From an uncultured delta proteobacterium (lineage in GTDB: Bacteria > Desulfobacterota > Binatia > JACPRU01), in contig CAVUWD010000006.1 of NCBI GenBank assembly GCA_963745025.1, positions 532,211-596,210 on the forward strand: a stretch of 64,000 nucleotides of DNA, given 5' to 3'. Shown in pieces: positions 1-9,374 of the stretch. How positions within the stretch are numbered: position 1 is the stretch's first letter; every line of letters begins with the position of its first letter. The position numbers and the translations under genes were made by a program. The notes under the pieces were generated by a model. It did not search any database. It saw nothing but the letters and a program-made list of their open reading frames with translations, and was not told the DNA's origin.

Positions 1-2086
1 CGCGCTGGATGTTCGAACGGATCCACCAGGTGGCGTAGGTCGAGAACCTGTATCCCTGATGGTGGTCAAACTTCTCCACCGCCCGCATCAGGCCAATGTT
101 CCCCTCCTGGATGAGGTCGAGGAAGTCGAGGCCATGGCCGCGATACTTCTTCGCGATGGCCATGACGAGCCGCAGGTTGACCTTGACCATCTCGTTCTTC
201 GCGTGCTCCAGGCGGCGGACGGTGCCCTGCAACTCGCCCCACGTCCGCTTCATTTCCCCGAAAGGCAGGCCCGCCTGCTGCTCGATCCGATGGATGTCTC
301 GGCGTCCTCTGCTGCCTTTCTCTCGGAGGCTCGCTTCGGCTGCGACCACAAGCGCCCCGAGCTCGTCGCTCATCCGCTTCACGTGCGCGCGCGTGAGGCG
401 CGTATCGGCAAGCACGATGGCCATCCGCTCCCAGAGAGCCTGAAGCTCCTCCTGGAGCTGCGCCGTGCGTTTCGAGGAGATCTTCCTGTCCGACAGCAGC
501 TCTCGTCTTCGCGTGCTGCACTGCACTTCCAGCCTCGAGAAGTCGCCCAGGACGACACGGAGTTTGTCGTGAGCCTGCTGCTTGGCGTGCTCATCTTTGG
601 GCACCGCGCTGACGACGATGTCCCATGAGGGCAGCTTTCCGTCATTCAGTCCGCAAGACAGGGCGGCGAGCTCTCTCGCAACGACTGCCGAGCGCAGGAG
701 GAGCCGAAGCACGTCGCGTTCCGAGTCTTCAATCCTCCGGGCGAGCCCGAGTTCTTCCTCGGCGCTGGGGACCAGGAAACCGCCGGCGCTTCGCCGGTAA
801 GCGGCCAAAGGATCGGAGCCACAGAAGTTGTCGATGCCGGAAACGGTCGTGCGCGGTCGCCCCTCCTTCTTCCCCGTCGTTGGCCGGGGCTTCCGCACGA
901 GCACGGTCTCAGCCCAGGGAAACGGAAGGATGTGCTCGTCGGGAATGCGATCGCGCGCGCCCGGGATCTGCTTGAGCATCGCACGGTAAATTAAGCCGCG
1001 CGTTCGCTTCTTGTAGCCGCCGAAGATCGGCTGAACCGTGCTGGGGCTCGTGGTGTAGCCCATGCGCCGCGCGGACTTCGCCACGCGGATGGAGAGCTGG
1101 CGCTGCGTCGTATCCGGATGCTGCTCGAGCCAGGTCTTCGCCAGTGTTGCGATCGGTTGTGCGTCTACCCAGCACAAGTCGATCTGCTGGGTCTGCTTTT
1201 GCGCGGCCGCAGCCAGCTCGCCCTGAAGATCATCACCCTCCGGGAGGCTCTGCCGCAGCAAGGCTTCCATCTCGACGATCAGCGCATGTCGGACCTTCTT
1301 GAACCTGCCATCCACGGCCTTCTGGATCCGGGAAAGGCATAGCTCGATACCGCGTCGCCGCAGCTTCTCTTGAAGAATGACCGACAAGTGCCTCGATGAC
1401 GGCTGGTGATTGCGGAGCTTCCACGCCCTTGCGAGGTCCACCAGGCGCTGCGCCGGCTCAAGGGTACGTTCCTGAAAGTAGGCTGCGATGTCCTTCCTGC
1501 TCTGCTGGTAGCGAGCGCGCGCTTCGTCTTCCGAGCCGATTCCGTGAGCCGAGAGAAAACCGAGCAGCACTTCGAGGACCTCACGTCGAGCGAGCGGTTG
1601 CTTCCCCGCCAGGATGTTCTGAAGCGGTTCGACCTTCAGATGCACGCCCCGACGGGAAAGCCGCACCGAGAGCAGCAGGGCGAGGCCGCGCCTGGAATGC
1701 GTGGGGTTGAAGAGCAGCCAGAGCTGGGCCAACGGGACGATCCGCTCGCTGGAGAGCCGCTCCGGCTGACGATCTTCCGGGGCGACCCAGAGGCCCGCCG
1801 TGCGGAGTGCCTTATCGATGTCGAGGTCAGTGCGTAGGCCGTTCGCGCGCAAGAGGACGTGCTGCATCGCACCCTGGACCTCGGGAGGGACCGACGACAC
1901 GCTTCCCGTCAGCTGCCGCTTGAGCGTTCGGACGTGGTAGTCGACGCCAATCGTTTCGAGATGCTCCTTGAGCTCGTGGGCAAGCGCTTCGCGATCGCAG
2001 CCCTTTTTCTGGAGAACGAGAGCTCCCATGGCGCGAAACAGCGCCCCTGGCATCCGCTCGAGCGAGCCGTGTGAGCCGTTCGTCAT
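1..2086 (-). CDS. RpoD-like sigma-70 factor with ~420-aa N-terminal extension of four tandem HTH-like repeats (3' end outside window)
   Basis: Manual translation shows no stop from ATG 2086 (RBS GAGGGG upstream) to the window edge. Region 1.2-like [29 protein letters not shown] starts at 814, then a long non-conserved region, then region 2 [59 protein letters not shown] from 193 to the edge. Confidence 0.92.
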   Translation of the reverse strand, partial: MTNGSHGSLERMPGALFRAMGALVLQKKGCDREALAHELKEHLETIGVDYHVRTLKRQLTGSVSSVPPEVQGAMQHVLLRANGLRTDLDIDKALRTAGLWVAPEDRQPERLSSERIVPLAQLWLLFNPTHSRRGLALLLSVRLSRRGVHLKVEPLQNILAGKQPLARREVLEVLLGFLSAHGIGSEDEARARYQQSRKDIAAYFQERTLEPAQRLVDLARAWKLRNHQPSSRHLSVILQEKLRRRGIELCLSRIQKAVDGRFKKVRHALIVEMEALLRQSLPEGDDLQGELAAAAQKQTQQIDLCWVDAQPIATLAKTWLEQHPDTTQRQLSIRVAKSARRMGYTTSPSTVQPIFGGYKKRTRGLIYRAMLKQIPGARDRIPDEHILPFPWAETVLVRKPRPTTGKKEGRPRTTVSGIDNFCGSDPLAAYRRSAGGFLVPSAEEELGLARRIEDSERDVLRLLLRSAVVARELAALSCGLNDGKLPSWDIVVSAVPKDEHAKQQAHDKLRVVLGDFSRLEVQCSTRRRELLSDRKISSKRTAQLQEELQALWERMAIVLADTRLTRAHVKRMSDELGALVVAAEASLREKGSRGRRDIHRIEQQAGLPFGEMKRTWGELQGTVRRLEHAKNEMVKVNLRLVMAIAKKYRGHGLDFLDLIQEGNIGLMRAVEKFDHHQGYRFSTYATWWIRSNIQR
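965..2060 (-). repeat. Four protein-level tandem repeats (period 97-99 aa) in the sigma factor N-terminus
   Basis: Repeats 2-4 align without gaps; repeat 1 needs one gap. Consensus LA-x2-W-x7-[ST]-x-R-x-L-[AS]-x2-L-x3-L-x-R-x-G-x7-[LIV]Q-x4-G-x5-R-x6-[ML]. Anchor codons at 2017, 1720, 1423 and 1132. Confidence 0.8.
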
Positions 2087-2090
2087 GCAC

Positions 2091-2878
2091 CTACCCCCTC
2101 GCCTCTTCTACGGGCGCGGGGATGGCCTCGCGTCCGACCTCGGCGTCCCAGGCGGCGAGCCCTCCAGTGAGGCTGCGAGCGCGCGGGAAGCCGTAAGCCC
2201 GGAAGTAGGAGGCCTTGTCGAGGCTGCGGCGGCCGTCGTTGGAGTAGAAGACGAGCAGCGTGTTCAGGCGATCCAGCGTGCCTATCCACGTGAAGGCCTT
2301 GTCCGTCGACCCTGCGACGGCGATGGCGGCCGGTGTCTCGGTGCGCCAACCACGCGCGACGAGCAGTTGATGCGATCGTCGTTCGTCGTCGCACCCGACC
2401 CAACAACGGTCAATGAGTTCGGCGCGAGCGGCTCGAGGACGGGTCGGAAGCTCTCCTCTGCGTGCTCAGCGACGACCACGAAGCCGGAGGACAGACCGCG
2501 GTGGGTAAGCGGGATGCCAGACAGCACCGGCGCAGCGATCGCAGAGCTCACGCCTGGAATCACGTCGAACGGGACGCCAACCTTGGCCAGTGCTAAGGCC
2601 TCCTCGCCGCCGCGACCGAGCACGAATGGGTCGCCGCCCTTAAGGCGAACGACCCGAAGGCCCCGCCGCGCGGCGCGAACCATCAATCGGTGGATCGTCT
2701 CCTGGTCTACGGACTTCCGGCCGGCACGCTTGCCGACAAAGAGCCGTCGCGCTTGTGGCGCCAGCTTCAGCACGTCCTTACCAACCAGCGCGCCGTAGAG
2801 GACCAGGTTGGCGTCCGCGAGGCGCCGCACCGCCTTGAGCGTGATTGAGATCGGGATCGCCAGGGCGCCCAACGTCAA
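2091..2878 (-). pseudogene. cobA: Degenerate uroporphyrinogen-III C-methyltransferase (CobA/CysG-type) joined to a rhodanese C-terminal half
   Basis: VVRLKGGDPFVLGRGGEE and VIPGVSSAIAAP present; N-terminal GAGPGDP motif decayed; frameshift near 2400. The CobA tail (LLVARGWRTETPAAIAVAGST...IGTLDRL) runs in frame into LLVFYSNDGRRSLDKASYFRAYGFPRARSLTGGLAAW; TAG at 2093-2091. Confidence 0.75.
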
Positions 2879-3022
2879 TCACAGGAGACTCCGCGTTTCG
2901 GGGCGTAGCTGCGATAGCAAAGCGACGTAGCCATTTGGAACCTATGTAAAATCTGTTCGACGCTGGTGGCCATCGGGTCGTGCACGACCGACCTGGTTGC
3001 GACCAATTAGAGCAAATAGGCG

Positions 3023-3052
3023 CTTGACTTTAATTTGTCAAGTATATACTTT
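3023..3052. promoter_or_regulatory. AT-rich promoter/operator with two overlapping palindromes
   Basis: CTTGAC-N8-GTCAAG (3023-3042) and perfect AAGTATATACTT (3040-3051). TTGACT-N17-TACTTT resembles a sigma-70 promoter upstream of the regulator. Confidence 0.55.
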
Positions 3053-3078
3053 TCAAACTTGCGTAACTGGAGCAAGGT

Positions 3079-3798
3079 ATGTACGCTACCGCCATGACTT
3101 CCGACGTGCCCAGCTCCGCACGGGAGCGGGTTCTTCATGTCCTCAAGACGAAGGGGCCCCAGACCTCGGCGCAAATCGCCAAGCGTCTCGGCGTTACTAC
3201 GATGGCTGTGCGCCAGCATCTCGCCGTCTTGGAGGGGGAGAAGCTCGCCGACTTCACGGACGAACGCCGCAAGGTCGGCCGGCCTGCTCGCCTCTGGCGG
3301 CTGACGCCGAAGGCTTATGACCGGTTTCCCGACTGCCACGCGGAGCTCGCGGTCGGCATGCTCCAGGCGATCCAGCGCGCCTTTGGTGAAGAGGGTCTCG
3401 AACGCCTGACCGAGGAGAGGACACGGCAACAGGCCGAGGCCTACCAGGCGCTGATGCCCGGCCCGAATGCCTCGCTCGAGGAGCGTGTGGCCACCCTTGC
3501 GCGCATCCGGCGCGAGGAAGGCTACATGGCCGAGTTGCGGCACAACCACGATGGAACGATCGAGCTCGTTCAGAACCACTGTTCCATCGCGAAGGCGGCG
3601 CGTCTCTGCCCGAAGCTGTGCGGCGGCGAGCTGTCGCTCTTTCGTACCGTCTTGGGTGACGACGTCTCCGTCGAGCGGACCGAGCACATCCTCTCGGGAG
3701 GCAGATGCTGCTCCTACTGCATCACCGGCCAAGCCAACGAACCGGCACTGGACGGAACCTCGCAGCCCTCCGTGCAGCGCCTGATCGGTCCCGCTTAG
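3079..3798 (+). CDS. SufR-like (COG2345) winged-HTH transcriptional regulator with C-terminal Cys ligands
   Basis: RERVLHVLK...IAKRLGVTTMAVRQHL, GRPARLWRLT, EGYMAE, NHC...LC...ERTEHILSGGRCC. Confidence 0.85.
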   Translation: MYATAMTSDVPSSARERVLHVLKTKGPQTSAQIAKRLGVTTMAVRQHLAVLEGEKLADFTDERRKVGRPARLWRLTPKAYDRFPDCHAELAVGMLQAIQRAFGEEGLERLTEERTRQQAEAYQALMPGPNASLEERVATLARIRREEGYMAELRHNHDGTIELVQNHCSIAKAARLCPKLCGGELSLFRTVLGDDVSVERTEHILSGGRCCSYCITGQANEPALDGTSQPSVQRLIGPA

Positions 3799-3868
3799 TG
3801 GCCGAATCCGGTCGCGCTGCGAAGGGACAGCGAAGGGAATACGTGTTCGAGGAGGAGAAGACGAACTG

Positions 3869-4334
3869 ATGAGCAACGCGCTACAGCCGGGAATCGATGA
3901 GGCACGCCTCGACGGGATCACGCGCACGCCGCTCCCCGGGTCGCGGAGAATCTACGCCACCGGAACGCTCTACCCGTTCCTTCGGGTTCCGATGCGCGAG
4001 ATCCATCAAGCGCCAACCCAGGTGCACGGCGCGAGCAAGACGGCGACGATCAGCAATCCGCCGCTGGTCGCCTACGACTCGAGCGGGCCGTATACCGACC
4101 CCGAAGTGACGATCGACTTACGCAAGGGCCTTGCCCCACTCCGGGACACTTGGATCCGCGCTCGCGGCGACGTCGAGGAGCTGACCGCCGGCTCTCAGCT
4201 CTCGCGAGGCCATAACCTCGATGGCGTGCGCTTTCTGGCGTGGCGTCGCTGCGGAGGAGGCACTCGACAGGGGCCTCGAGGAGAAGTCGGCAGAGTTCCT
4301 TCAGGGTGGTGGTGAGCTCTATCGGAACGTGTGA
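3869..4334 (+). pseudogene. thiC: thiC with a large internal deletion (N-terminal ~120 aa plus C-terminal ~30 aa)
   Basis: N-terminus PLPGSRRIY...LRVPMREI...YDSSGPYTDP...DLRKGL. From 4242 another frame gives a ThiC-like tail [30 protein letters not shown]. The catalytic core is absent. Confidence 0.8.
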
Positions 4335-4348
4335 CCGCGGAATGTGCC

Positions 4349-5383
4349 ATGACGACGACCGAGCTTGTGCCGATCCATGAGAGGTTGACCGACAGACTCC
4401 AGCGGCCCCTGCGCGACCTTCGGATCTCGGTCACCGACCGCTGCAACTTCCGCTGCGTTTACTGCATGCCGAAGGAGGTCTTCGGCCGCGACTATCCGTT
4501 CCTAGGGCGCGACAAGCTTCTCACGTTCGAGGAGACCGCCCGCCTGGCTCGGATCTTCGCATCCCTCGGCGTGCAGAAGGTCCGCATCACCGGGGGAGAA
4601 CCGTTGCTTCGCCGGGAGCTCGAAAGCCTGATCGCGATGCTGGCGCGCATCCCCGAGTTGGACCTCACGCTGACGACCAACGGGTCGCTCCTGACGGAGA
4701 AGGCGGCAGCGCTCAAGGAGTCTGGCCTTCGCCGGGTTACGGTGAGCCTCGACTCGCTGGACGATGACGTCTTCCGGGCGATGAACGACGTCGATTTCTC
4801 GGTCGACCGAGTTCTGGCCGGAATCGAGGTTGCCGCTCGGGTTGGTCTTACGCCCATCAAGATCAACGTGGTGGTCAAGCGCGGCGTAAACAAGCACAGC
4901 ATCCTGCCAATGGCCCGGTACTTCCGCGGGACGGGCCATATCCTGCGCTTCATCGAGTACATGGACGTCGGCCACTCGAACGGCTGGCGTCTCGATGATG
5001 TCGTCTCGGCCGCCGAGATCCTCTCGACGATCGATGCCGAGATGCCCATCGAGCCCGTCAACCCGAACTACCGTGGTGAAGTAGCAGGTCGATGGCGCTA
5101 TCGCGACGGCAGCGGCGAGATTGGCATCATCGGATCGGTGACACGCCCCTTCTGCCGCGAATGCAGCCGCGCGAGGCTCTCAGCAGACGGACAGCTCTTC
5201 ACGTGCCTGTTTGTGACGGCGGGTCATGACCTCCGAGCCCTCCTCCGGGGCGGCGCTACCGATGCGGAGATCGCAGAGGGCATCTCCGGCGTGTGGCGGG
5301 CCCGGAGCGACCGCTATTCGGAGATTCGCTCCGCGGAAACCGTCATGCTTCCCAAGGTCGAGATGTCCTACGTAGGCGGCTAG
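4349..5383 (+). CDS. moaA: GTP 3',8-cyclase MoaA
   Basis: [18 protein letters not shown] radical-SAM motif, C-terminal [19 protein letters not shown] cluster, ends in GG. Confidence 0.96.
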   Translation: MTTTELVPIHERLTDRLQRPLRDLRISVTDRCNFRCVYCMPKEVFGRDYPFLGRDKLLTFEETARLARIFASLGVQKVRITGGEPLLRRELESLIAMLARIPELDLTLTTNGSLLTEKAAALKESGLRRVTVSLDSLDDDVFRAMNDVDFSVDRVLAGIEVAARVGLTPIKINVVVKRGVNKHSILPMARYFRGTGHILRFIEYMDVGHSNGWRLDDVVSAAEILSTIDAEMPIEPVNPNYRGEVAGRWRYRDGSGEIGIIGSVTRPFCRECSRARLSADGQLFTCLFVTAGHDLRALLRGGATDAEIAEGISGVWRARSDRYSEIRSAETVMLPKVEMSYVGG

Positions 5384-5459
5384 AGATGCGTTTCTTCGGG
5401 CCAACAGAGGAGATGGCCGCGCGAAACGGTGCCGACCTGCGCGATCAAGGGGCTCCGTC

Positions 5460-5795
5460 ATGACGCTGCTGCGCGCCGGAGCGCTCTTCGTGGCTACGGC
5501 GATCGCCGACATTCCCGGGTGCTACCTTCCGTACCTGTGGCTTCGACAAGGACGGTCAGCGATTCTCTTGATTCCAGCCGCGCTCAGCCTCGCAGCGTTT
5601 GCCTGGCCTCTGACGCTCCATCCGACGGGCGCGTCCCGAACGTACGCCGCGTACGGCGGGGTCTACGTAACGGGCGCCGTGCTTTGGTTGTGGCTCGTAG
5701 AGAACAGGACACCATCGCGCGCGGATCTGATCGGCTCCGCGGTGGCCGTGCTTGGCATGGCAATCATTGTTCTCGGGCACAGGAGCTCACCGTGA
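5460..5795 (+). CDS. ynfA: YnfA/UPF0060 small membrane protein
   Basis: GCYLPYLWL and [11 protein letters not shown] motifs; four hydrophobic segments. Confidence 0.85.
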   Translation: MTLLRAGALFVATAIADIPGCYLPYLWLRQGRSAILLIPAALSLAAFAWPLTLHPTGASRTYAAYGGVYVTGAVLWLWLVENRTPSRADLIGSAVAVLGMAIIVLGHRSSP

Positions 5796-6751
5796 ACTCC
5801 TCCGTGGCCACCCTGCCGGGCTCCGGTGCGGCCGTAACGCACGCGGCAGGCTCCATCGTCTCCCTGATCGCGAGTGCAACGGAGATCGTCTGTGCCCTTG
5901 GGCTCCGCGATCGCTTGGTGGGCATCTCACACGAGTGCGACTTCCCTGATGACGTGCGGGGCCTGCCGGTCTGCTCCGAGCCGCGCATCGATCCCAGCCA
6001 GTCGGGCGGACAAATCGACCGCGCTGTGCGGGACCTGATCCGCGAGGGGACCAGCGTCTACCACGTGCGCACCGAGGTGCTCGAGAGGCTTCGCCCGGAC
6101 CTCATCGTGACCCAGGACCAGTGCCACGTCTGCGCGGTGTCCCTCGCGGACGTGGAGCAGGCGTGCTCGACGCTGACGCACAACCCAGTTCGCATCTGCT
6201 CGCTGACCCCGCACACCCTCGCGGACATCTACTCCGATTTCGAGCGTGTCGGAATCGCCGCTGGGGTGCCCGAGCGCGGTCAAGCGCTTGCCTCCGAGCT
6301 CCGGGGCAGGCTCGATACGCTGAGAAGCGCGGCCGAGCTCGCACAAGGCCCCAAAGTGGCGTGCATAGAGTGGCTAGACCCGCCGATGGTGGCGGGTGGC
6401 TGGATGCCGGAACTCGTCCGGATCTTGGGTGGGACCCCAGTGCTCGTGACCTCGCCCGAGCGATTTCGGACAGTCGCTTGGGACGACATCGCGGCCGCCG
6501 ACCCTGACGTCGCGGTCATCATGCCCTGCGGCTACCCCATCTCAAAGACGCTAGAGGAACTCGGCGACGCGCGCGTCGGGGCAACGCTGCGCCGGCTGCG
6601 CGCAACGCGCATTGGGCGCACGTTCGTCGCGGATGGAAACGCGTACTTCAACCGACCGGGCCCGCGAATCGCCGACAGCGCGGAGATCTTGGCCGCGCTC
6701 CTTCATCCCGACCGATTCTCTCTGCACGGTGGGGTCGAGCGCTGGTCGTAA
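5792..6751 (+). CDS. BtuF-like cobalamin/iron-binding protein without a signal peptide
   Basis: [50 protein letters not shown]; GTG overlaps the ynfA stop. Confidence 0.8.
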   Translation: MNSSVATLPGSGAAVTHAAGSIVSLIASATEIVCALGLRDRLVGISHECDFPDDVRGLPVCSEPRIDPSQSGGQIDRAVRDLIREGTSVYHVRTEVLERLRPDLIVTQDQCHVCAVSLADVEQACSTLTHNPVRICSLTPHTLADIYSDFERVGIAAGVPERGQALASELRGRLDTLRSAAELAQGPKVACIEWLDPPMVAGGWMPELVRILGGTPVLVTSPERFRTVAWDDIAAADPDVAVIMPCGYPISKTLEELGDARVGATLRRLRATRIGRTFVADGNAYFNRPGPRIADSAEILAALLHPDRFSLHGGVERWS

Positions 6752-6762
6752 GGAGGACAGTA

Positions 6763-7113
6763 ATGGATGCCACCGCATTCGTGCAGGAACTGGACTCGTT
6801 CAAGGCCGAGCGTCTTTCTCCGATCGTGGAAGCGGGGCAGACGTCGCTTCTGGGCGGTGCGCACGGCGACGCCAAGAAGATGTTGCAAGTGGCGCTGGCC
6901 AACGAGATCAGCGTGAGCGAGTTGGCGGCGGCGTGGATGCCGAGCACGCCGGAGGTGGACGTGAAGATTGCGTTCGCTCGACAAGCGGGGGACGAGGCCG
7001 GACACGTCCAGCTTGTGGCGCGGGAGACCGTGGCCAGGGTTCTCGAGATCGCCACCGCCGCCCGTGCCCAGGCCGCGGAACAGATGGGCACCGCCTGCTT
7101 TCCAGGGTGCTGA
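6763..7113 (+). pseudogene. Ferritin-like protein ending in PGC, probably internally deleted
   Basis: RBS AGGAGG; ALANE...ARQAGDEAGH (first ExxH) jumps directly to a C-terminal helix, and the second helix pair/ExxH is missing. Confidence 0.55.
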
Positions 7114-7149
7114 GCGACTTTGAGCAAGGCGTGCGCGCCACGGACTCGC

Positions 7150-7395
7150 ATGACAAGTCAGGTTCGACCCACCAGCTGCGAAGCGCTCCCGTTTCCCGAG
7201 AGCCTGTGCCACCGCTGCGCCGCGCCACCGAGATACGTCCGGACAGCAACCTCGGTATTCATCCGGTGTCCGCTTCTGGCCAACAAGTATCCTCCTCAAC
7301 CCATTCTCTCGTGCCCTTTGTTCCGACCCCCAGAAGGCGAGCAGGGCGACGACAGAAAACCCGCCGACAACGATTTCTCGGAGAAAGACGGATGA
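7150..7395 (+). CDS. Small Cys-rich hypothetical protein (possible metal binding)
   Basis: LCHRC...FIRC...KYPPQPILSC; tightly packed between neighbouring genes. Confidence 0.55.
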   Translation: MTSQVRPTSCEALPFPESLCHRCAAPPRYVRTATSVFIRCPLLANKYPPQPILSCPLFRPPEGEQGDDRKPADNDFSEKDG

Positions 7396-7396
7396 G

Positions 7397-7741
7397 ATGA
7401 GCCTAGCCGACCAACGATGCATCCCATGCCGCGGTGCAGTTCCACCGATGGAAAGAAGCCGTGCCGAAGAGCTGCTGCGAGAGGTGGACGATGGCTGGCG
7501 ACTTAACGCGGATGGTCATCTCGACCGCACGTACTCTTTCGAGAATTTCGCCAAGGCCATGGCCTTCGCGAACAAAGTGGCCGACATCGCAGAAAGCGAG
7601 GGCCATCATCCAGATCTCCACATCGCATGGGGCAAGTGCACGGTGGAAATCTGGACGCACAAGATCCGCGGCTTGACCGAGAGTGACTTTTACTTCGCCG
7701 CCAAGGCGGACCGCGCATTCAAGACCACAGACAAGAGTTGA
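7397..7741 (+). CDS. phhB: Pterin-4-alpha-carbinolamine dehydratase
   Basis: CIPCRG N-terminus, EGHHPDLHI, WTHKIRGLTESDF. Confidence 0.92.
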   Translation: MSLADQRCIPCRGAVPPMERSRAEELLREVDDGWRLNADGHLDRTYSFENFAKAMAFANKVADIAESEGHHPDLHIAWGKCTVEIWTHKIRGLTESDFYFAAKADRAFKTTDKS

Positions 7742-8169
7742 CGCCACCGCTCGCGTTGCACGACCCAGTCCAGGGACTTCAGCACCGAGTCTCGCAGCCG
7801 TCGCTCGCTGATGGGCTGCTCTCCCGGCGGCACATCGAGGAACAGAATCTCGGCCTGGATGTCGGGCGCGAGGAGAAGCAGGTCCATGATCTGCGTGACC
7901 CGCGCCCTGGTAAGGCCAAGCGCTCGAGCTAGAAGCCGCGATAGACCACGACCGTGAAGAGCGCTCGGAAAGAAGTGCGCGAGTCCCCACGCTGCCTCGT
8001 CGCGGACCCACTGACCGAAGCCCTTGCCGCTCGTGGCCGTCTCCGCGTTGACTTCGGCTCGCGGCCGTTGTGTCGCTCCCGGTCCAGCAGAGTTCGAGTA
8101 GCCTCCGGGCCTGGTCGGCTCGATCACGATGACCGGCGGCGTGCTGCCGTATGGATCTTTGAAGCTCAT
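7690..8169 (-). pseudogene. Chimeric ORF whose C-terminal half is a recombinase-associated HTH-like domain
   Basis: LARALGLTRARVTQIMDLLLLAPDIQAEIL...ISERRLR...DWxxQRERW, a motif typical of proteins next to large serine recombinases. Confidence 0.6.
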
Positions 8170-8489
8170 GTGTGTGCTCCTCCTCTCTCGAGCACCTCGA
8201 CGATGTGGTTGAGCTCACCGTTGAAGATGGATTCGACGAGCCATCCCTTGCCGACTGCCTGCTCGAACCAACGCCGCAGCAACATCGACATGGTGATGAC
8301 TGCAGCCCACTTCGCGCTGAGTAGCGCCTCACGCAGCCACCAGTTGCGGCGCTTCTTCGCGCGCCACCAGCTTCGGATTCGGCGCCCCTGTGCGCGCACG
8401 AATGTTGGAATGGCACGCAGCAGCGCGACGCCGCCTCTCCAGTGCCGTTCGATCGGGCGCCAAACGCGCTCGATCAGTCTTTGCAGCAT
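8166..8489 (-). CDS. Basic, Trp-rich hypothetical protein
   Basis: Strong RBS AAGGAGGTG before ATG 8489; stop overlaps the next ATG. Confidence 0.5.
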   Translation of the reverse strand: MLQRLIERVWRPIERHWRGGVALLRAIPTFVRAQGRRIRSWWRAKKRRNWWLREALLSAKWAAVITMSMLLRRWFEQAVGKGWLVESIFNGELNHIVEVLERGGAHT

Positions 8490-8609
8490 CCTCACCTCCT
8501 TCATCTCTTCAGGAGCTCGGCCTTCACGAAGACGAACGGGTCTCGGATCTCCCACGCCGGCGCCTCGTCGTATCCGGGCAGGCACCTGATCGCGGTCACC
8601 GTCAGCGAC

Positions 8610-9113
8610 TCACAGAACGCGGCCGCCTCGGTCTTGCTCCCAGTCGTTCGTCTCGCAGGACTGGTACACGAAACAACGGATCGCTTTGAGGACGATCACC
8701 GGATCGGGCGATCCCGGCAGCATCTTGAAGCTGTATTCCGGCACTGGCTCCTCTTCGTCGTAACGGTAGTTGACGCTCCGGCGGTTCTCGGCGATGAGCA
8801 TTCGCCCGACGTCGTCCCGGGTGAGCTCGTTCAGCTCTCGCTCCTTCCTCGGATCGTCCCAGTACCAGCGAAGCGGCCCATAGGGACGCACCAGGATGAG
8901 CCCCGCGGTCACGAGCGCGTTGATATGCGTCGCTCCGACCATGAAGGCCGGGACGGGCGCGGCCTGGCGCGATTCCTTGATCTTCTCGGCGAACAGCTCC
9001 TCGGCGACTTCCTTAGTTGACGCGGTGAGCCGGCGACGCACGCCGTGGGCGTCGAGGTAGTCAACCTGCCAAACGTCCTGCTTCGCTCGCTTGCGCTTAC
9101 GGATGCTCGCCAT
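8610..9113 (-). pseudogene. Fusion of a tyrosine-integrase N-terminal arm-binding domain with a phage-type hypothetical domain
   Basis: MASIRKRK...WQVDYLDAHGVRRRLT followed by AFMVGATHINALV...ENRRSVNYRY...LKAIRCFVYQSCE. Confidence 0.6.
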
Positions 9114-9374
9114 CTCAACCCTTCTTCTTCGGCTTAGGCTTTCTCTCCGAGAGGAGTCTTAGCAGCAGCGCCAGCGACTCCTTGATCCCGATCTCGCCCC
9201 GCTCCTGTCTGGCAATCGCACAGCATGCTGTAGCGGGAGTCACCAGGGGCTGGCAGCTCTTGAGCACGAAGAGCCACCTCGCCGGCGAGGGTGAGGGCGA
9301 CCAGGACCATTCGTAACACACCAACCATCGTGCTGAGGCATACCGCTGTGGCTTCTCGATATCGGGCCGACAAA

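Noticed and set aside
59-2074. Plus-strand ORFs 59..628, 1118..1342, 1406..1837 and 1859..2074
   Set aside because: Antisense shadows in register with the minus-strand sigma factor frame.
1-2086. Calling this gene the housekeeping rpoD
   Set aside because: No acidic region 1.1, divergent regions 1.2 and 2.4, and no dnaG upstream; treated as a paralog.
2962-2969. E. coli-type Chi site GCTGGTGG
   Set aside because: An isolated occurrence is expected by chance at this GC content, and the Chi sequence of this RecBCD is unknown.
3800-3868. TPP riboswitch upstream of thiC (GCGAAGGGA occurs twice)
   Set aside because: Only a 3'-like segment is present; the CUGAGA junction and 5' half are absent and the space is too short.
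4240-4348. Moco riboswitch upstream of moaA
   Set aside because: The interval is explained by the ThiC C-terminal coding remnant.
5429-5791. N-terminal extension of the 440-aa ORF
   Set aside because: It overlaps ynfA; BtuF-like similarity begins only after the GTG at 5792.
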